Virus record (IMG/VR): IMGVR_UViG_2574180309_000001
Coordinates: 8,867 to 72,866 of that record
Length of the DNA stretch: 64,000 nt
Source of the DNA: a virus
Taxonomy: Duplodnaviria > Caudoviricetes
Reading direction: 5' to 3' (one strand)
The notes under the pieces are model-generated. The model was not told the DNA's origin, did not search any database, and worked only from the letters and a program-made list of their open reading frames with translations. The position numbers and the translations under genes are program-made. Each line of letters opens with the position of its first letter. The first letter of the stretch is position 1. This document shows, piece after piece, positions 20,094 to 30,248 of this stretch.

Positions 20094-20723
20094 ATGGGAC
20101 GAGGAAACAGAGGTATGGCATTTGAGAAGCTTATCAATCTATCGAATGAAATGTATCAACGCGAGGGAGTAGCGCTTATAAACAAGCGTGCAACTCCTGT
20201 AAAGGTGTTAAAAAGTGCTGGTGGACGAGTATTAAATGGATTCTATGAAGCAAAGAGCACAGTAGACTATGACGGTGTATATAAGGGGCGAGCTGTAGCA
20301 TTTGAAGCGAAGTCTACAGAGAAAGATACACGTTTTGATTTGAAGAACATTGCACAGCATCAGTTGGATTACTTGGAGAAAGCAGAGAAGATGGGAGCGA
20401 TATGCTTCTTCCTTATAGAATTCAGTAAGGATAATTCAGTATTCGCAGTGCCACTATCAGTCATTCAATCGTATGTAAGGATGTCTCATCAACCAAAGGG
20501 TAAGAAGTCTATACCAAGAGCAGACTTTGATATTTATGGGTATTTAGTAGAACAGACAGAACGAGCACCAGTGGATTACTTACAATACGTAGATGTAGCA
20601 GTAGCTCCAGTTATGTTTGATGGCATGATTCAGATTGATCAGGACCATAAGAAAGTAGCGAATAACATTGAGGTAGCAAAAGAGAAGATGGCTAATAAGA
20701 AACGTAAGTTATTAAAGGCTTAA
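20094..20723 (+). CDS. recU: Holliday junction resolvase RecU
   Basis: NRGMAFE, STVDYDGVYKG, FEAKST, HQLDYL. Confidence 0.9.
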   Translation: MGRGNRGMAFEKLINLSNEMYQREGVALINKRATPVKVLKSAGGRVLNGFYEAKSTVDYDGVYKGRAVAFEAKSTEKDTRFDLKNIAQHQLDYLEKAEKMGAICFFLIEFSKDNSVFAVPLSVIQSYVRMSHQPKGKKSIPRADFDIYGYLVEQTERAPVDYLQYVDVAVAPVMFDGMIQIDQDHKKVANNIEVAKEKMANKKRKLLKA

Positions 20724-20861
20724 TGGATAACGGAACCATGCAGAGTGGATGATGGGGGCTACTCGCTATGCATGGTTCCCTTATTCAATAATAAGATAGT
20801 AAAATTTCACGTACCTGATGTGAATGTAAAAACTAAAATTCAGAAATAGGGGGATTCCTTC

Positions 20862-21245
20862 ATGGAACAATTAGCATTCCTACCAATAATGGACAAAGAG
20901 ATGGAGAAAAAGATGCAAAAGGAAGTTGTGAGCATTCTAAAAGAGTATCGCGCCTTAAAAGCACGTTTTGAGAATGAAATGGAGCAACAACAAGAGGGAA
21001 TTAGTCTGTTTCCTGAGATAAGGAATACAAGACATGTCAGTAATATCAAATTCAAGCAAATTGATAAGGCTTTACAACACGTTTTAGATTATGATGAGGC
21101 AGAGATTATTAAGATGAAGTATTTGAATGGTGGGAAGTTAAAGGATAGTTTTATCTACACTGAATTATCAATGAAGAAAGATCATTTCTATTATAAGAAG
21201 AAAAATGCTATTCGATTAATCGCAACTTCATTGGGTATGATTTGA
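20862..21245 (+). CDS. ArpU/RinA-family late transcription activator
   Basis: EIIKMKYL...YTELSM...YYKKKNAIRLIATSLG; at the end of the early region. Confidence 0.85.
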   Translation: MEQLAFLPIMDKEMEKKMQKEVVSILKEYRALKARFENEMEQQQEGISLFPEIRNTRHVSNIKFKQIDKALQHVLDYDEAEIIKMKYLNGGKLKDSFIYTELSMKKDHFYYKKKNAIRLIATSLGMI

Positions 21246-21334
21246 AGATATAGAAAAATAGTGCATTATATAATATTCGTATGTTAATATATTATAGTTA
21301 TTTATTTTTAATATATTAATAGGGAGATTAAAGC

Positions 21335-21835
21335 ATGTTTAAGAAAACGAAATTATTATTTGCTATATTTACTAGTATGATTATTTTACTTGTAGGCTGC
21401 GGAGGACCTGAAATACCTTATAAAAAAGGAGAGGTCTACAATTATAAAGATGGTGATGCTTTTGTTAACATCACAGAAGATAATGAATGGAAAGTTAAGG
21501 GTGGCCGTGGAATGAAATCAGAAGCCATTTATAAGGTTGAACCTATGGATGAGTTTAATGCAGGCCCTTACTCTGTTATAAAAATATCCTTGAAAGAAGT
21601 CATTAGTAAGAAAGATCCTTGGCTTATTAGACAAGACTATGAATACTATATTCTGTCACCGATGGAAGAAGGATTTGGAACGGTATATATAAGTTCTTCT
21701 TATCAAGATGATAAAGATTTGAAGAAATTTAGAAAGCAGTTTGAAAGTGCAGATGACAAAGAAGCATTTATGAAACAAGAGATAGAGAAAGAGAAAAAGA
21801 AGTATCGCTTAAATAAATTTAGAAAAACAAGTTAA
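21335..21835 (+). CDS. Lipoprotein moron
   Basis: Lipobox LVGC; own AT-rich upstream region and terminator (21869-21903). Confidence 0.75.
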   Translation: MFKKTKLLFAIFTSMIILLVGCGGPEIPYKKGEVYNYKDGDAFVNITEDNEWKVKGGRGMKSEAIYKVEPMDEFNAGPYSVIKISLKEVISKKDPWLIRQDYEYYILSPMEEGFGTVYISSSYQDDKDLKKFRKQFESADDKEAFMKQEIEKEKKKYRLNKFRKTS

Positions 21836-21910
21836 TAATTGATGGAGTTATTAGATAAATAGTAAATGTAGAGCAGGGTCATTAAAGTGATTCTGTTCTT
21901 TTTATATTTA

Positions 21911-21975
21911 AAAACGTCGACAAAACGCCGATAAAAAAGGGGGAATTTTAAAAATGAAAATAGCGATAAATTATA
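21911..21975 (+). promoter_or_regulatory. Putative late promoter with ArpU-binding direct repeat
   Basis: Tandem AAAACGTCGAC / AAAACGCCGAT then GGGGG and a TAAATT -10-like element. Confidence 0.45.
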
Positions 21976-21979
21976 TGTA

Positions 21980-22773
21980 CAAGCCCTTTGACAACCGTAT
22001 ATCGAAGAGGATTAGTACACCTATAAGTGAAACGTTCTTATGCGAGAATGTCACGGTAACGTATACCGCATAGTAGGGCGGGCAAGGCGGTACGAACCCG
22101 CGTTCAGACGAAAAGACCAATGAATGTATAACAATGACATATTCCAGTGTGGCGGGTGTGAGATAACTCGCATTCGTCATGCTGTTTCTATTGTATTTAT
22201 CAATCAGCTCGGAATGCGTCCTCTGGGTTGATAATAAATATAAGTCTATTTCTCTCTAATATGTCGGTTCTTGAAAATGGAATGGAGGTGGTTGCTCATG
22301 ATTGAGTGACATTTGCATTCTAAAAAGCTAAAAAGTATACGTATCTCGTACATTAGTAATTACCCATGATTCTTATTAATGACCAAAACGAGGGCAAAGA
22401 GTTCCACTCTTTGTTTGAGCCAATACAGCGAAAACATTCCCCTTCCGTCCCTCTAGTGTATTGGTTCAAACAAGGCGTTGGAAGATTCATATACGTCTTG
22501 GATATAAACCCTTTATAATTCGATATTGGTCAGCTAAGGGCCGCGACACCCGATGTATTGACCGACTCTACGGAGTATAAACGAGAAGACTCCTAGTCTT
22601 CTCTCAGCCACCGAACGTAAAGCGCGTAGCTAATAAGAGCTAAAAAATTACATGATGCGGTGGCTTGGAGAAGGTTGAGGGTATTCAGCCTTGATCTAAG
22701 AGAAACTTTTGCCATTTGTTTTCTCTCTTTTCTCCCATCCCCTTGAAAGCTGTCACTTCGGTGATGGCTTTTT
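21980..22773 (+). ncRNA. Large (~800 nt) structured non-coding RNA / hairpin array
   Basis: No credible ORF; about 15 consecutive stem-loops with plus-strand G-U pairs and UNCG tetraloops; closes with terminator AAAGCTGTCAC-TTCG-GTGATGGCTTT. Confidence 0.7.
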
Positions 22774-22833
22774 GTTATGTAGGATATTCTGTTATTTTGT
22801 CGAATAGATAGAGTAGGAGAGGAGGAATATAAT

Positions 22834-23034
22834 ATGAAAAGATTTTCGGTTACTGTACATTGGATTGGTGGAGGAAATGAAGAATATGTTATTTCCTATA
22901 AAAGAAGCGACGCCACAACAGATGATGTTGAGCAATACATTATAAGAAATGAATACCGTTTTATAAAGCTTGGTGAAGAGTTGGTCAATCTTGATAATAT
23001 ATTAGCGATAAAAGTTAATGAAATCGGTAACTAA
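22834..23034 (+). CDS. Small hypothetical protein
   Basis: RBS GGAGG; terminator at 23052-23080. Confidence 0.65.
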   Translation: MKRFSVTVHWIGGGNEEYVISYKRSDATTDDVEQYIIRNEYRFIKLGEELVNLDNILAIKVNEIGN

Positions 23035-23573
23035 AACTAACTACTAAAGAAAAAGCATCCAAAATGGGTGCTTTTTTCTTTGTTATATAGAAATTACACA
23101 TTAAACGTATTTAATGAGTTTGCTAAGTATAAAGACAATCGATAATCATACAATGATATGGAAGGGTCTTTTCTAACGTGTTAGTTACCTCAAAGTATAT
23201 GTATCTTTTGGCGCCTGGGCGAGGGTGCTTTTTTTATTGCACATTATGATAAGGACAAGCATATATTAAAGTGTAGGACAAGTTCACTCGCTTGTATCCT
23301 ATTTCAATACTCATAGAAAACCCCTTATCACATTAAGAGCACCCAACCATTGGATGCTCTTTTAAAATTATCTTATTCATATCGAAAATGTTTTAACATA
23401 CAATAAGGTGAGAGTAGGCAAAAGAGTCAACGATACTCTAATAATTTGAAAGAGCGTCCATTGCAGGTGCTCTTTTATTTTGAACAAAATGGACATTTGG
23501 TTTAAAGGATTCTATATAAATAGGTAGAATCTAATTACTTGGTTCACATTTTAATCCAAGGGGTACAAATTCG

Positions 23574-23765
23574 ATGCGACGTGAAAAGGATTTGTTGAAA
23601 CAATGGAAGGCGGATTTGCAAGCTGTTCAAGAAGAGAAAAGGCTGAAGAAGAAAGCTAAGAAAAAGAATAAGAAATATAGCATTCCGGGTAATACAGCTG
23701 ACTTCATGGATGGCAAGAATACTTATCGTAAAGAGAATGGGGTATGGAAGCAAAGAAATAAATAA
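23574..23765 (+). CDS. Small basic protein
   Basis: 63 aa, Lys-rich, RBS AAGGGG. Confidence 0.5.
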   Translation: MRREKDLLKQWKADLQAVQEEKRLKKKAKKKNKKYSIPGNTADFMDGKNTYRKENGVWKQRNK

Positions 23766-23899
23766 TGTGAGGATAAATGATTTTGATTAAATGTATAGGA
23801 ATTATAGTAGGCGCTGCCTTGATTTGGGCGGCGTCTTATTTGTTGTTAAGGAAAGATAAGGATTAACAAAACAAACGAACACAACGAGTGAAAATAAAA

Positions 23900-24025
23900 C
23901 TGTCTAAAAGTTGACCCTTTTGTACAGTTGAAATGTATAGGGTAAAAACTTTGTAAACAGATAGTTGTTAATGTCTAAAAGGTAGTCTAAAATAAAAGTG
24001 TATAATTCTTAAGACTTTTAGACTA
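23900..24025. promoter_or_regulatory. Putative res site
   Basis: GTCTAAAA three times plus inverted TTTTAGAC directly upstream of the resolvase. Confidence 0.55.
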
Positions 24026-24041
24026 TTTTGAGGTGATTTGG

Positions 24042-24617
24042 ATGGCTATCGTTGGTTATGCAAGGGTGAGTACAAAAGATCAAAACTTAGATGCACAAAT
24101 TGAAAGGTTAACAGAATATGGATGTGAAAAGATATATTCTGAAAAGTACAGTGGAGCTAATAGTGATCGGGAAGAATTGCAAAAGGCATTAGAGTATATG
24201 AGAGAAGGGGATAAATTTGTTGTTTGTAAAATAGATCGTTTAGCTAGATCGATATTTGATTTGCATAAGATTGTAAATCAATTAGCTGATCGAGGAATAG
24301 CGGTAGTATTTCTTAAAGAACAAATTGATTTCTCTACACCAGCAGGTAAATTGATGTTTACTATGTTAGGGGCTATTGCTGAGTTTGAAAGGGATTTAAT
24401 TAACGAAAGAACAGCTGAAGGAAGAGAAAGAGCTAAAGCAATGGGCAAACATATGGGACGTAAGGGGCAGGATGAAAAACAGGTGAAGCAGGCTATGAAC
24501 TTATTCTTTAATAGGAAAGAGAATGGTTTGAGTGTAAATGATATTTCAAAAATGACGGGAGTTCCGCGTTCTACTATTTATGCTAAGGCGAAAGAATTAA
24601 AAGAGGAGGAATTATGA
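24042..24617 (+). CDS. Serine resolvase/invertase
   Basis: GYARVSTKDQ, GD..VV.KIDRLARS, EFERDLI.ERT.EG, C-terminal HTH. Confidence 0.92.
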   Translation: MAIVGYARVSTKDQNLDAQIERLTEYGCEKIYSEKYSGANSDREELQKALEYMREGDKFVVCKIDRLARSIFDLHKIVNQLADRGIAVVFLKEQIDFSTPAGKLMFTMLGAIAEFERDLINERTAEGRERAKAMGKHMGRKGQDEKQVKQAMNLFFNRKENGLSVNDISKMTGVPRSTIYAKAKELKEEEL

Positions 24618-24808
24618 TGGAGGAATACGAACAGCTACGGCAGGAATTTTGAAATATAAGTAACCAGTTAAAGTAGCGAATCCGCTGCTTTTTTATTTTA
24701 TAAAAAAAGAACCTGCAAACCTGCAGATTCTCCTGATAATGATTTATGAAGTAAGACCCGAAAATATAATACAATGATTCGAAAATGAGTTCAAGAGTGT
24801 TTGGTGAT

Positions 24809-25039
24809 TTAAGCCACTCTATAATCTTTGTTTTTAAGCTTTTTTCTAGTATCCATGAATCCTATAATCATTATCGCCATGCATATTAACTTAAGCCAAC
24901 GAACCTCCTGGTGGTACATTAGCCCAGAAAAGAATTCATAGGCATATAACAAACCGACAATTGGAAATAGCCAAGTCATAAATTTCAAATCTTTTAGATG
25001 AAACTTATAATTATTAATCTTTTTCCACATATGTATCAA
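24809..25039 (-). CDS. Small membrane protein
   Basis: Two TM helices, basic tail; resembles its neighbour (YEF..G, KDYR/KNYR). Confidence 0.65.
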   Translation of the reverse strand: MIHMWKKINNYKFHLKDLKFMTWLFPIVGLLYAYEFFSGLMYHQEVRWLKLICMAIMIIGFMDTRKKLKNKDYRVA

Positions 25040-25048
25040 CTCCTATTG

Positions 25049-25255
25049 TTATGAGGTTCTGTAGTTTTTCTTTTTGAAATCTCGCATGTTGAGGATAAAG
25101 AATAGAAGGAAGATAACAGCTCCGATGCCATTAATCCAGTAGTATGTGCGCCCTGTTGTGAATCCGTTATAGAATTCATAGGCATTCCAAATTACAAGAA
25201 GTACTGAGCAGACAGTAGAGACCATTAATGAGCCAAAACTTCTCATGATTTTCAC
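25049..25255 (-). CDS. Small membrane protein
   Basis: Two TM helices, basic tail. Confidence 0.65.
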   Translation of the reverse strand: MKIMRSFGSLMVSTVCSVLLVIWNAYEFYNGFTTGRTYYWINGIGAVIFLLFFILNMRDFKKKNYRTS

Positions 25256-25472
25256 CTCGATTCAAAATGTTAGAACTTATTTATAATTTTACATTTAAAT
25301 AAATAGATTTACAAGAAGAGGGAATAATAAAAAGAACCCGCTGGAGTTCGGGTCCTTTCAGAAGTGATGATGTATTCTCGGCTTGGGAACTGAGAAAAAC
25401 ACAAAAATATAATACATCGAGTTTTAGGGAATTTCAAGAATAAATTAGAGTGATTTTGGAGGATGATGAATA

Positions 25473-25685
25473 ATGAAACTAACTAAACAAGAACAAGCGA
25501 TTGCAATTGGTACATTCATTTCGATGTTGGGACAGGACTTTGTAAATGAGCGCATCGATAAACAGAAATTAGAAAGTGCAATTCCAATCTTTAATGAGTT
25601 AGAAGATAACACAACACCAAAGCAAAAGAGAGAAGCAATGGTTAGTTTGCTCGATAAAACAATGGAAGAATTCCTAAAAGCTTAA
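25473..25685 (+). CDS. Small phage protein upstream of terminase
   Basis: RBS GGAGG; 70 aa. Confidence 0.7.
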   Translation: MKLTKQEQAIAIGTFISMLGQDFVNERIDKQKLESAIPIFNELEDNTTPKQKREAMVSLLDKTMEEFLKA

Positions 25686-25718
25686 AAAACTAATAGAGCC
25701 TATCGTGAGGTGGTGGTT

Positions 25719-26633
25719 ATGGCTAGACAACGTAGCGCGGACAGAGATAAAGCATTTGAAATATATAAAGTAAGTAAAGGTGAGAAGCCATTAATTGATA
25801 TTGCTACTGAGTTAAACCTTAAACCTTCGCAGATCAGAAAGTGGAAATCACAAGACAAATGGGATGAACAAATGAATGGTAACGTTACTATTGCGAAAAG
25901 GAGCGTTACTAATGTTAAAAATCCCAAAACGAAAGAAAAACTGAAAGAGATTTTAGAAGATGAAGAGTTGACCGAAAAGGAAAGGCTCTTTTGTTTGTAT
26001 TATGTGAAATACTTCAATGGTACACAAGCTGCACTGAAGGCTGGATACTCCAAAGACGGCGCTCATGTACAGGCTAGTCGATTGCTAAGACGTGAACGAG
26101 TTTCTTCCTATATAAAAGAGCTTAAAGGTGAGTTAATCGAGAATGTATTTGTGGAAGCCATGGATGTGCTTAAAGAGTACATTAAGATTGCTTTTGCTGA
26201 TATTACTAACTATGTAACCTTTGGACAGAAGGAAGTACCTGTAATGGGGATGTTTGGCCCGATGAAAGATGAATCCGGTAAAGAAATAACTCGTATCATA
26301 AATTATGTAGATTTACACGAGGCTGACATGGTTGATGGTTCTATAATAACCGAAGTAAAACTCGGAAAAGATGGCGTGTCAGTAAAACTTGCTGACAAGA
26401 TGAAAGCACTGGACAAACTATCTCAGTACTTTGACTTAGTACCTGACAATTTCAAACGTAAAATCGAAGAAGAACGCCACAAAATCCAGATGGAAGTGCA
26501 GAAAGCTCAAATTGATAAAATTAAAGCAGATACTTCTCGTATTAAAGGTGATGAAGGTGAAGAGTATGAAGATGACGGATTCATCGATGCGTTAGAAGGT
26601 AAAACAGCAGAGGTGTGGGAAGATGAAACTTAA
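25719..26633 (+). CDS. terS: Terminase small subunit
   Basis: N-terminal HTH (IRKWKSQDKW), LTEKERLFCLYY..FNGTQAALKAGYS, DKMKAL. Confidence 0.9.
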   Translation: MARQRSADRDKAFEIYKVSKGEKPLIDIATELNLKPSQIRKWKSQDKWDEQMNGNVTIAKRSVTNVKNPKTKEKLKEILEDEELTEKERLFCLYYVKYFNGTQAALKAGYSKDGAHVQASRLLRRERVSSYIKELKGELIENVFVEAMDVLKEYIKIAFADITNYVTFGQKEVPVMGMFGPMKDESGKEITRIINYVDLHEADMVDGSIITEVKLGKDGVSVKLADKMKALDKLSQYFDLVPDNFKRKIEEERHKIQMEVQKAQIDKIKADTSRIKGDEGEEYEDDGFIDALEGKTAEVWEDET

Positions 26634-27897
26634 ACCTGCCCCTTTTAAATTTAGACCATTCTCAAAGAAACAATTACAAGTACTCACTTGGTGGAGAAAA
26701 GATTCACCTGTGAAGGACCATGACGGCATTATATGCGATGGTTCTATTCGTGCTGGCAAAACTGTTTCGATGGCTCTTTCTTATGTTATGTGGGGAACTG
26801 AAACATTTAATGGTGAAAACCTAGGTATGGCAGGTAAAACAATTGGATCACTGCGACGCAACGTAATTACTCCATTAAAGAAGATGTTAAAATCACGTAA
26901 ATATAAAGTGAAAGACCATCTATCAGAGAACATGCTTACCATTAGTAAAGATAGCCATACGAATCATTTCTATATATTTGGTGGTAAGGACGAATCATCA
27001 CAAGAACTTATCCAAGGTATTACATTAGCTGGTATGTTTTTTGATGAAGTTGCTCTTATGCCACAAAGCTTTGTGAACCAAGCGACAGGACGTTGTTCTA
27101 TTGAAGGCTCAAAGTATTGGTTTAACTGTAACCCTGCCGGCCCGTATCATTGGTTCAAACTTGAATGGATAGATAATAAGGAAGATAAGAACCTGCTACA
27201 TATTCATTTTACAATGGACGATAATCTTTCTTTATCTGAAAAAGTGAAGCAAAGATACTATCGTATGTATAGTGGAGTCTTCTTTCAACGCTTCATTTTA
27301 GGTTTATGGGTGCTTGCAGAAGGTATTGTATATGACATGTTTAACAAGGAAAAGCATGTTGTAAAAACAGTAGAAAGAGAATACGAGAAGTATTATGTAT
27401 CTTGTGACTATGGTACACAGAACCCTATGACATATGGACTATGGGGATTGTGTAAAGGTATATGGTACAAAACAAAAGAGTACCATTATGATGGTCGTAA
27501 AAATTCACGGCAAAAGACAGATGATGAGTATCTTGACGACCTAAAAGAATTCATCGGAGATATTTCTATTCGCGGGATTATAGTTGACCCATCAGCAGCT
27601 TCATTTATTGCTTTATTGAAAAAGAATCGATTCAAAGTGCTTAAAGCTAAGAATGAAGTTATAGATGGCATAAGAAATGTAGCGCGACTTCTTAATGAAG
27701 AGAAGATAAAATACAACGACTGCTGTAAAGAAACATTCCGTGAATACGCTTCTTATACTTGGGATGAAAAAGCTACAGCTCGTGGTGAAGATAAACCAAA
27801 TAAAGAGAATGACCACCAAATGGATGGTGATCGTTACTTTGTAAATACAGTTGTTGTAACTAATAACAAAGCTAAGGCTGTTAAGTCAATCTATTAA
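26623..27897 (+). CDS. terL: Terminase large subunit (PBSX family)
   Basis: DGSIRAGKT, FFDEVAL, NCNP, CDYG, VDPSA, DHQMDGDRY. Confidence 0.92.
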   Translation: MKLKPAPFKFRPFSKKQLQVLTWWRKDSPVKDHDGIICDGSIRAGKTVSMALSYVMWGTETFNGENLGMAGKTIGSLRRNVITPLKKMLKSRKYKVKDHLSENMLTISKDSHTNHFYIFGGKDESSQELIQGITLAGMFFDEVALMPQSFVNQATGRCSIEGSKYWFNCNPAGPYHWFKLEWIDNKEDKNLLHIHFTMDDNLSLSEKVKQRYYRMYSGVFFQRFILGLWVLAEGIVYDMFNKEKHVVKTVEREYEKYYVSCDYGTQNPMTYGLWGLCKGIWYKTKEYHYDGRKNSRQKTDDEYLDDLKEFIGDISIRGIIVDPSAASFIALLKKNRFKVLKAKNEVIDGIRNVARLLNEEKIKYNDCCKETFREYASYTWDEKATARGEDKPNKENDHQMDGDRYFVNTVVVTNNKAKAVKSIY

Positions 27898-27909
27898 GGA
27901 GGTGAGACG

Positions 27910-29335
27910 ATGTTTGAACACTATATTCCGTTGCTGGATGAACAAAATGGCGAGCCTACATCAAAGTTACTAAAAAAAAATTATTGATGAGTTTGAACCA
28001 TTAAAACAACGCATGATTAACAGGTACGAGCGATACAAAGCAAGTGAAAAGGGTGTACCTATCTTTACTCGCGAGTTTAAAGGTGATGGTAATAAAGATA
28101 AGGTTAACAATAAGCTAAACAATGACTTCTTTTCTGAAATTATCGATACAAAAATCGGTTATATGTTTGGGTTGCCTATCTCATACAGCTTAGATCATGA
28201 AGATGATGAAGTATTGAAACGTATTCAGGACTTTTTAAAAGCGAATCATACTGAGGATGCTGACGCAGAAACAGGGAAGTTCGCTTCTATTTGTGGATAC
28301 GGAGCGAGACTACTGTATCACGATAAAGAAGGTATCGAAAAGGTTATGAATATCAAACCTTACGAAGCTATATTTCTTACGAATTCAAGTATTGCAGAAC
28401 CTAAATACGCTATACGCTGCTATCCAATCAAAGTAATTGATGGTGATGATTTCAAGGATGGTTACAAAGTAGAGTTTTACAATGAAACAAACATTATTGA
28501 GTACACTGGTGAAGGTTTAGATAAGTTAACAGAGACTGACCGTATTCCAAACTTATTTAAAGGTGTGCCACTTATTGGGTTTCCTAATAATGAAGAATTA
28601 CAAGGCGATGTAGATAAAGCTATATCACTTATTGAAGGTTACGACCGTTCATTTTCCGATGTAAACAGTGAAATTGAACAGTTTCGTCTGGCTTATATGA
28701 TCTTTAAAGGCGTTGATATAGATGATGATACTATCGAGAAGCTAAAACAAACAGGAGCTCTTGATGTAGGTGAGAATGGTGAGGCTTCTTTTTTAACTAA
28801 GGACCTTAATGACAACATCTTAGAACACCATCTCGACAGATTAGAAAAGAATATATGCCGTTTCACAAAGCATGTGAACCTTTCTGATGAATCATTTGGT
28901 GGTAACCTTACTGGTGTTGCTATTCGTTACAAGTTATTAGCTTTAGAAACTAAATCAGGAACATTAGAAATGAAGTTTACTAAGTCATTGCGACAACAAT
29001 TTAAGTTATTGTTTGACGCTTGGAACTTACGCTCAAATAAAGGAGAACTAGACTACCTTTGTATGACGTTTCAATTTACGCGAAACCTTCCAGCCAACTT
29101 AGCTGATGAAGCTGATGTGCAGTCTAAACTACAAGGTTTAGTAAGCGAAGAAACACGATTATCTATGTTATCTGTTGTTTCTGATCCGAAAGCGGAGATA
29201 CAGAAGATGCAGGAAGAAGAGGCGGATTCCATGAATCTCGACAAGGTAGGTGAGCCTAGTGGAATGGGACAAGAAGCAGAAACATCTCCAAAAGATAGAG
29301 GACGAACTGGAAAAGGCGATTCTCTACCTGTATAA
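27910..29335 (+). CDS. SPP1-type portal protein (extra A in A9 run at 27972-27980)
   Basis: RBS AAGGAGG and ATG at 27910; deleting one A joins it in frame to ORF 28013-29335 (GYMFG.PI, NLTGVAIRYKL). Confidence 0.85.
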
Positions 29336-30176
29336 AGATGCTTTAGAAGAAGTCAGAGGAATACTGGCTTTTTATTATGCCAAATATGCCGTAAATGAGC
29401 AGTTGAGTATGCAGGAAATGCGCCGATTCAATCGATATAAGAGCATGCAAAGTGAACTGCAACACGTTATTAATGAAATAACATATGAGAAAAAGAAAAC
29501 TCTCAATGAAACGCTCTCCAATCAGTATGGAGAGTCTTTTTATTATACGAGTTATCTCATCGAGAAAGAAGTCGGCGTGGCTCTTTCGTATGGTCTTCTT
29601 GACCCGAACGTCATTAAACGAGCGGTACAAATGCCAATCGATAAAATGACACTCAATCAAAGGTTAAGTACACATCGAGTACAGATAGTTAACCGAATAC
29701 GCAGAGAGTTATCTATCGGTCTTAGAAAAGGCGAAGGATATGCAACAATGGCAAATCGGATTAAGCCGATACTTGATGGTGATGCGAAGAAAGCCCAAAT
29801 GGTCGCTTGGACAGAAAGTGCTAGGGTGCAAAACTTAGGTACTTATGACAGTGCTTCTCACGCTTTTGATGAAGGTGTATCAATGAAGAAGATTTGGATT
29901 TCTACATTAGATAAACGTACGCGTCCTACTCACCAAGCAGCAGATCATCAAAAAGTACCGTTTAAAGGATTATTTAAAGTCGGTGGTTATAGTTGCGAAT
30001 ATCCACATGATAGTAATTTACCTGCTAAAGAAGTTGTACGATGCCGCTGTACTTTCATTACTGAGGTAGCGGATGTTAGCTCATTCATTGAGAGAAGGGC
30101 CAGAAACCCAACTACAGGTAAGAATGAGGTGATTAGCGCAGTTAGTTACGAGGAATGGAAAGAATCTCTTGAATAA
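29250..30176 (+). CDS. Minor head protein (SPP1 gp7 / Mu gpF family)
   Basis: WTESAR, W.STLDKRTRPTH, RCRCT. Confidence 0.85.
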   Translation: MSLVEWDKKQKHLQKIEDELEKAILYLYKDALEEVRGILAFYYAKYAVNEQLSMQEMRRFNRYKSMQSELQHVINEITYEKKKTLNETLSNQYGESFYYTSYLIEKEVGVALSYGLLDPNVIKRAVQMPIDKMTLNQRLSTHRVQIVNRIRRELSIGLRKGEGYATMANRIKPILDGDAKKAQMVAWTESARVQNLGTYDSASHAFDEGVSMKKIWISTLDKRTRPTHQAADHQKVPFKGLFKVGGYSCEYPHDSNLPAKEVVRCRCTFITEVADVSSFIERRARNPTTGKNEVISAVSYEEWKESLE

Positions 30177-30248
30177 TAAAACACACGAGGGCTTATAAAA
30201 TACGAACTAAATAGGGTGTATTCATAGGAACTCAGAGGAGGAATAATA

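Noticed and set aside
21971-22180. 69-aa minus-strand ORF
   Set aside because: No RBS; overlaps stems whose G-U pairs favour a + strand RNA.
24042-24617. Serine recombinase as the phage integrase
   Set aside because: About 190 aa with catalytic + HTH domains only; lacks the large recombinase and Zn-ribbon domains.
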